From a candidate division WOR-1 bacterium RIFOXYB2_FULL_37_13 (GTDB taxonomy: Bacteria > Margulisbacteria > WOR-1 > XYC2-FULL-46-14 > XYC2-FULL-37-10): a stretch of 64,000 nucleotides of DNA. Below the pieces are notes generated by a model. The model ran no database searches and was not told the origin of the DNA. It was given only the letters and a program-made list of their open reading frames with translations. Position 1 is the stretch's first letter. Every line of letters starts with the position of its first letter. Positions 61,822 through 64,000 of the stretch are shown piece after piece. Location of the stretch: NCBI GenBank assembly GCA_001771535.1, contig MEUB01000027.1, forward strand, positions 20,601 to 84,600, given 5' to 3'. A program made the translations under genes and the position numbers.

Positions 61822-62786
61822 TATGATTTCCCTTTTTCAATATTATTATCAAATGACTTCTCTTTTGCCAAATATATAGGTCGTTTTTTTACTTCCGCAT
61901 AAGTTTTTGACATATACTCACCAAGAAGACCTATGCTTAAAAGTTGAATGCCACCCATAAACAATATAATTGCTATTGTCGATGGCCAGCCAGAGACAGG
62001 ATCTCCAAAAGCAATTGTGCGTACAATAATAGTAATTATGAATATAAATGAAAAAAATGATGCTACAAGCCCCAACCATGAAGAAATTAATAAAGGCTTA
62101 GATGAAAAAGAAGTAATTCCAGAAATTGAATATACAAATAATTGCCACAGAGACCACTTTGTTTGCCCTGCCGCCCGTTCCACATTTTCATACGATATAT
62201 ATTTAGTTTTAAAACCAACCCAGGAAAAAATACCTTTTGAAAATCTATTATACTCTGACATTTGTAAAACTGCATTTACTACCTGCCTAGTCATTAGCCT
62301 GAAATCTCTCACCCCATCAATAATCGGGACATCAGAAAGCTTATTCATAAGGCGATAAAACATTTTTGTAAAAAAAGACCTCAAAATTGGCTCTTTTTTT
62401 CTGGTCGCTCTTCTTGCAATAACAACATCATATCCGTCTTCCATAATATTTTTATACATTATTTTTAATAATTCAGGAGGATCCTGCAAATCAACATCAA
62501 TAACCGCAATAAAATCGCCCTTTGCATTTTGCAAGCCTGCAAAAATAGCAGCTTCTTTGCCAAAGTTTCTTGAAAAAGAAATATAATTTACCCGATCATC
62601 ATATTTTTTCATGCTTTTTAGCAATTGCAACGTATTATCTTGCGACCCATCATCAATAAACAAAAAAATACAATGAAGATCAATCAATTGCTTTGTAACT
62701 CTATTTATTTCACTATAAAAATGCGATAAAACCTCTTGCTCATTGTAGCATGGAACTATTATTACTAATTCTTGCCTGATAGACAT
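61821..62786 (-). CDS. GT2 polyprenol-phosphate glycosyltransferase with C-terminal TM helices (GtrB/ArnC-like)
   Basis: LVIIVPCYNEQEVL...FIDDGSQDNT...VIDVDLQDPPE; two C-terminal hydrophobic helices. Confidence 0.8.
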   Translation of the reverse strand: MSIRQELVIIVPCYNEQEVLSHFYSEINRVTKQLIDLHCIFLFIDDGSQDNTLQLLKSMKKYDDRVNYISFSRNFGKEAAIFAGLQNAKGDFIAVIDVDLQDPPELLKIMYKNIMEDGYDVVIARRATRKKEPILRSFFTKMFYRLMNKLSDVPIIDGVRDFRLMTRQVVNAVLQMSEYNRFSKGIFSWVGFKTKYISYENVERAAGQTKWSLWQLFVYSISGITSFSSKPLLISSWLGLVASFFSFIFIITIIVRTIAFGDPVSGWPSTIAIILFMGGIQLLSIGLLGEYMSKTYAEVKKRPIYLAKEKSFDNNIEKGKS

Positions 62787-63716
62787 CTAAATCTCCTTTT
62801 TAGCAAACAAATTCCTTCTTAATTGATAAAACCCAAATGAAACTTTTCTAGGCAACAAAAAAAACAGGAGAAGTAATAAATTGGAAATATTATTTTTCAA
62901 TTGAAAAGCTTTTTTTGCGTTTTCCAAATATATTTCATTTCCAGCTACAAATTGAAGACAAGATAAATGATGCAATATGCTTGACAACTTTTGCCTATTA
63001 ACCTTATCAGAAAACCCATAAGACAAGAAATATTTATTATAATGATCCAATGATTTTTCAACATAAGCCAATTCATTCCCTGAAGTAGAAGAATCATATT
63101 TACGGTAATAGGCTAAACATTCTTCTATGTAATAACATGAATATTTTGGATACATTCTTAACCATAAATCATAATCTTCACGTGCTTTTAAATCTATATC
63201 TTCTTTAAACCCTCCCATACTTACAAAAACAGATCTTTTCATTAATACAGTCGACTGAATAACTTTAATTTCTGGTAAAAAATCTCTATCATTAAAATAT
63301 CCACTTTTCAGTTTCTTTATAAGAGGTGTGTTTGTTTTTTTATCATTCAATATAAAAATTGCATTAGTTGAAACTAATGCAATTTTGGAATCTTTTTTAA
63401 TAACTGCAATTTGTTTTTCTAGTTTGTTTTTAATCCACAAATCATCATGATCTAAAAAAGCAATATATTCTCCATTTGATAATTCAACGCCTTTATTTCT
63501 TGGCTTAGCCGGCAATCCAGAGTTAGTTTGATAATAATATTTCAAACGATTATCTTTTATTGATTTTACAATCTCAGAAGTATTATCAGTGGAACCATCA
63601 TCAACAAATATTATCTCAAAATTGGAATAAGTTTGGGCAATAACTGATTCAATTGTCTCTCTAATTAAATCCGCTTTATTATAAGCAGGAATAACAACGC
63701 TTATTAAAGGCTTCAT
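62787..63716 (-). CDS. Glycosyltransferase family 2
   Basis: LISVVIPAYNKADLIRETIESVIAQTYSNFEIIFVDDGSTDNT. Confidence 0.8.
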   Translation of the reverse strand: MKPLISVVIPAYNKADLIRETIESVIAQTYSNFEIIFVDDGSTDNTSEIVKSIKDNRLKYYYQTNSGLPAKPRNKGVELSNGEYIAFLDHDDLWIKNKLEKQIAVIKKDSKIALVSTNAIFILNDKKTNTPLIKKLKSGYFNDRDFLPEIKVIQSTVLMKRSVFVSMGGFKEDIDLKAREDYDLWLRMYPKYSCYYIEECLAYYRKYDSSTSGNELAYVEKSLDHYNKYFLSYGFSDKVNRQKLSSILHHLSCLQFVAGNEIYLENAKKAFQLKNNISNLLLLLFFLLPRKVSFGFYQLRRNLFAKKEI

Positions 63717-64000
63717 TTCTGAGTTGACCTCATTTTTTCAAGGCCTTCAAACAATGTCAATGGCTTTATTTTTAATATTTTTTCCATTTTTGCGGTATTA
63801 TAAGATGTGTCCTTTGGCCTTGGCACCAATTCATTGAAATATCCTTGCTTAACAGGAATAACAAGCTCTTTATTAAGATTGAATATTTCAGCAACTGCTA
63901 CAACAAGCTCATAAATACTGACTCTTTCTCTACCAGCAAGATTAAAAATGCCATATTGATTGCTATTAATCATCTTCCATATTGCGTTGGCACAACTACC
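63713..64000 (-). CDS. Partial CDS (C-terminal part; gene continues beyond window end): RmlD-like/SDR nucleotide-sugar reductase C-terminal region
   Basis: The minus-strand frame stays open to the window edge (...GSCANAIWKMINSNQYGIFNLAGRERVSIYELV...). The C-terminal substrate-binding region resembles dTDP-4-dehydrorhamnose reductase. Confidence 0.45.
   Translation of the reverse strand, partial: GSCANAIWKMINSNQYGIFNLAGRERVSIYELVVAVAEIFNLNKELVIPVKQGYFNELVPRPKDTSYNTAKMEKILKIKPLTLFEGLEKMRSTQK

Overview
This AT-rich window (about 30% GC by eye) is almost entirely coding. About 58 genes run co-directionally on the minus strand, many with 1–25 bp start/stop overlaps that suggest translational coupling. 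Together they look like one very large composite cell-surface polysaccharide / LPS locus of a diderm bacterium; I cannot place the taxon from sequence alone. Two assembly routes are present side by side: Wzx/Wzy-type components (flippase, two Wzy/ligase-like membrane proteins, a Wzz-like and a Wza-like protein) and an ABC route (wzm and wzt). Around them are at least 20 glycosyltransferases (families GT2, GT4, GT9, a GT10 fucosyltransferase, and GT-C membrane transferases). There are also two GtrB/ArnC-like polyprenol-phosphate-sugar modules, GDP-fucose synthesis (gmd, fcl), and a UDP-sugar dehydrogenase plus epimerase pair. The most unusual part is an ~18 kb block inserted between wzm and wzt. 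It encodes a CDP-3,6-dideoxyhexose pathway (ddhA/ddhB/ddhC) extended by a YerE-like thiamine pyrophosphate (TPP) enzyme, a TylC3-like C-methyltransferase, two radical SAM/SPASM enzymes, a split transketolase, and a NeuB-like synthase with a KdsC-like phosphatase. Two paralogous AlbA_2/HATPase_c_4 winged-helix proteins sit inside this block, one between ddhA and ddhB and one at its wzt-proximal edge. I predict the block makes a novel branched-chain dideoxy sugar and/or an ulosonic acid, which is the candidate undescribed system. Several simple-sequence-repeat tracts (in-frame heptamers, a 12-mer, an 11-mer, and CAAT/TAAT tetramers) sit inside or upstream of genes and look like contingency (phase-variation) loci. 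An AAA ATPase gene (DUF4143-like) lies between a complete epimerase gene and a ~110 bp partial copy of that gene's 5' end. I saw no rRNA, tRNA, CRISPR array or transposase.
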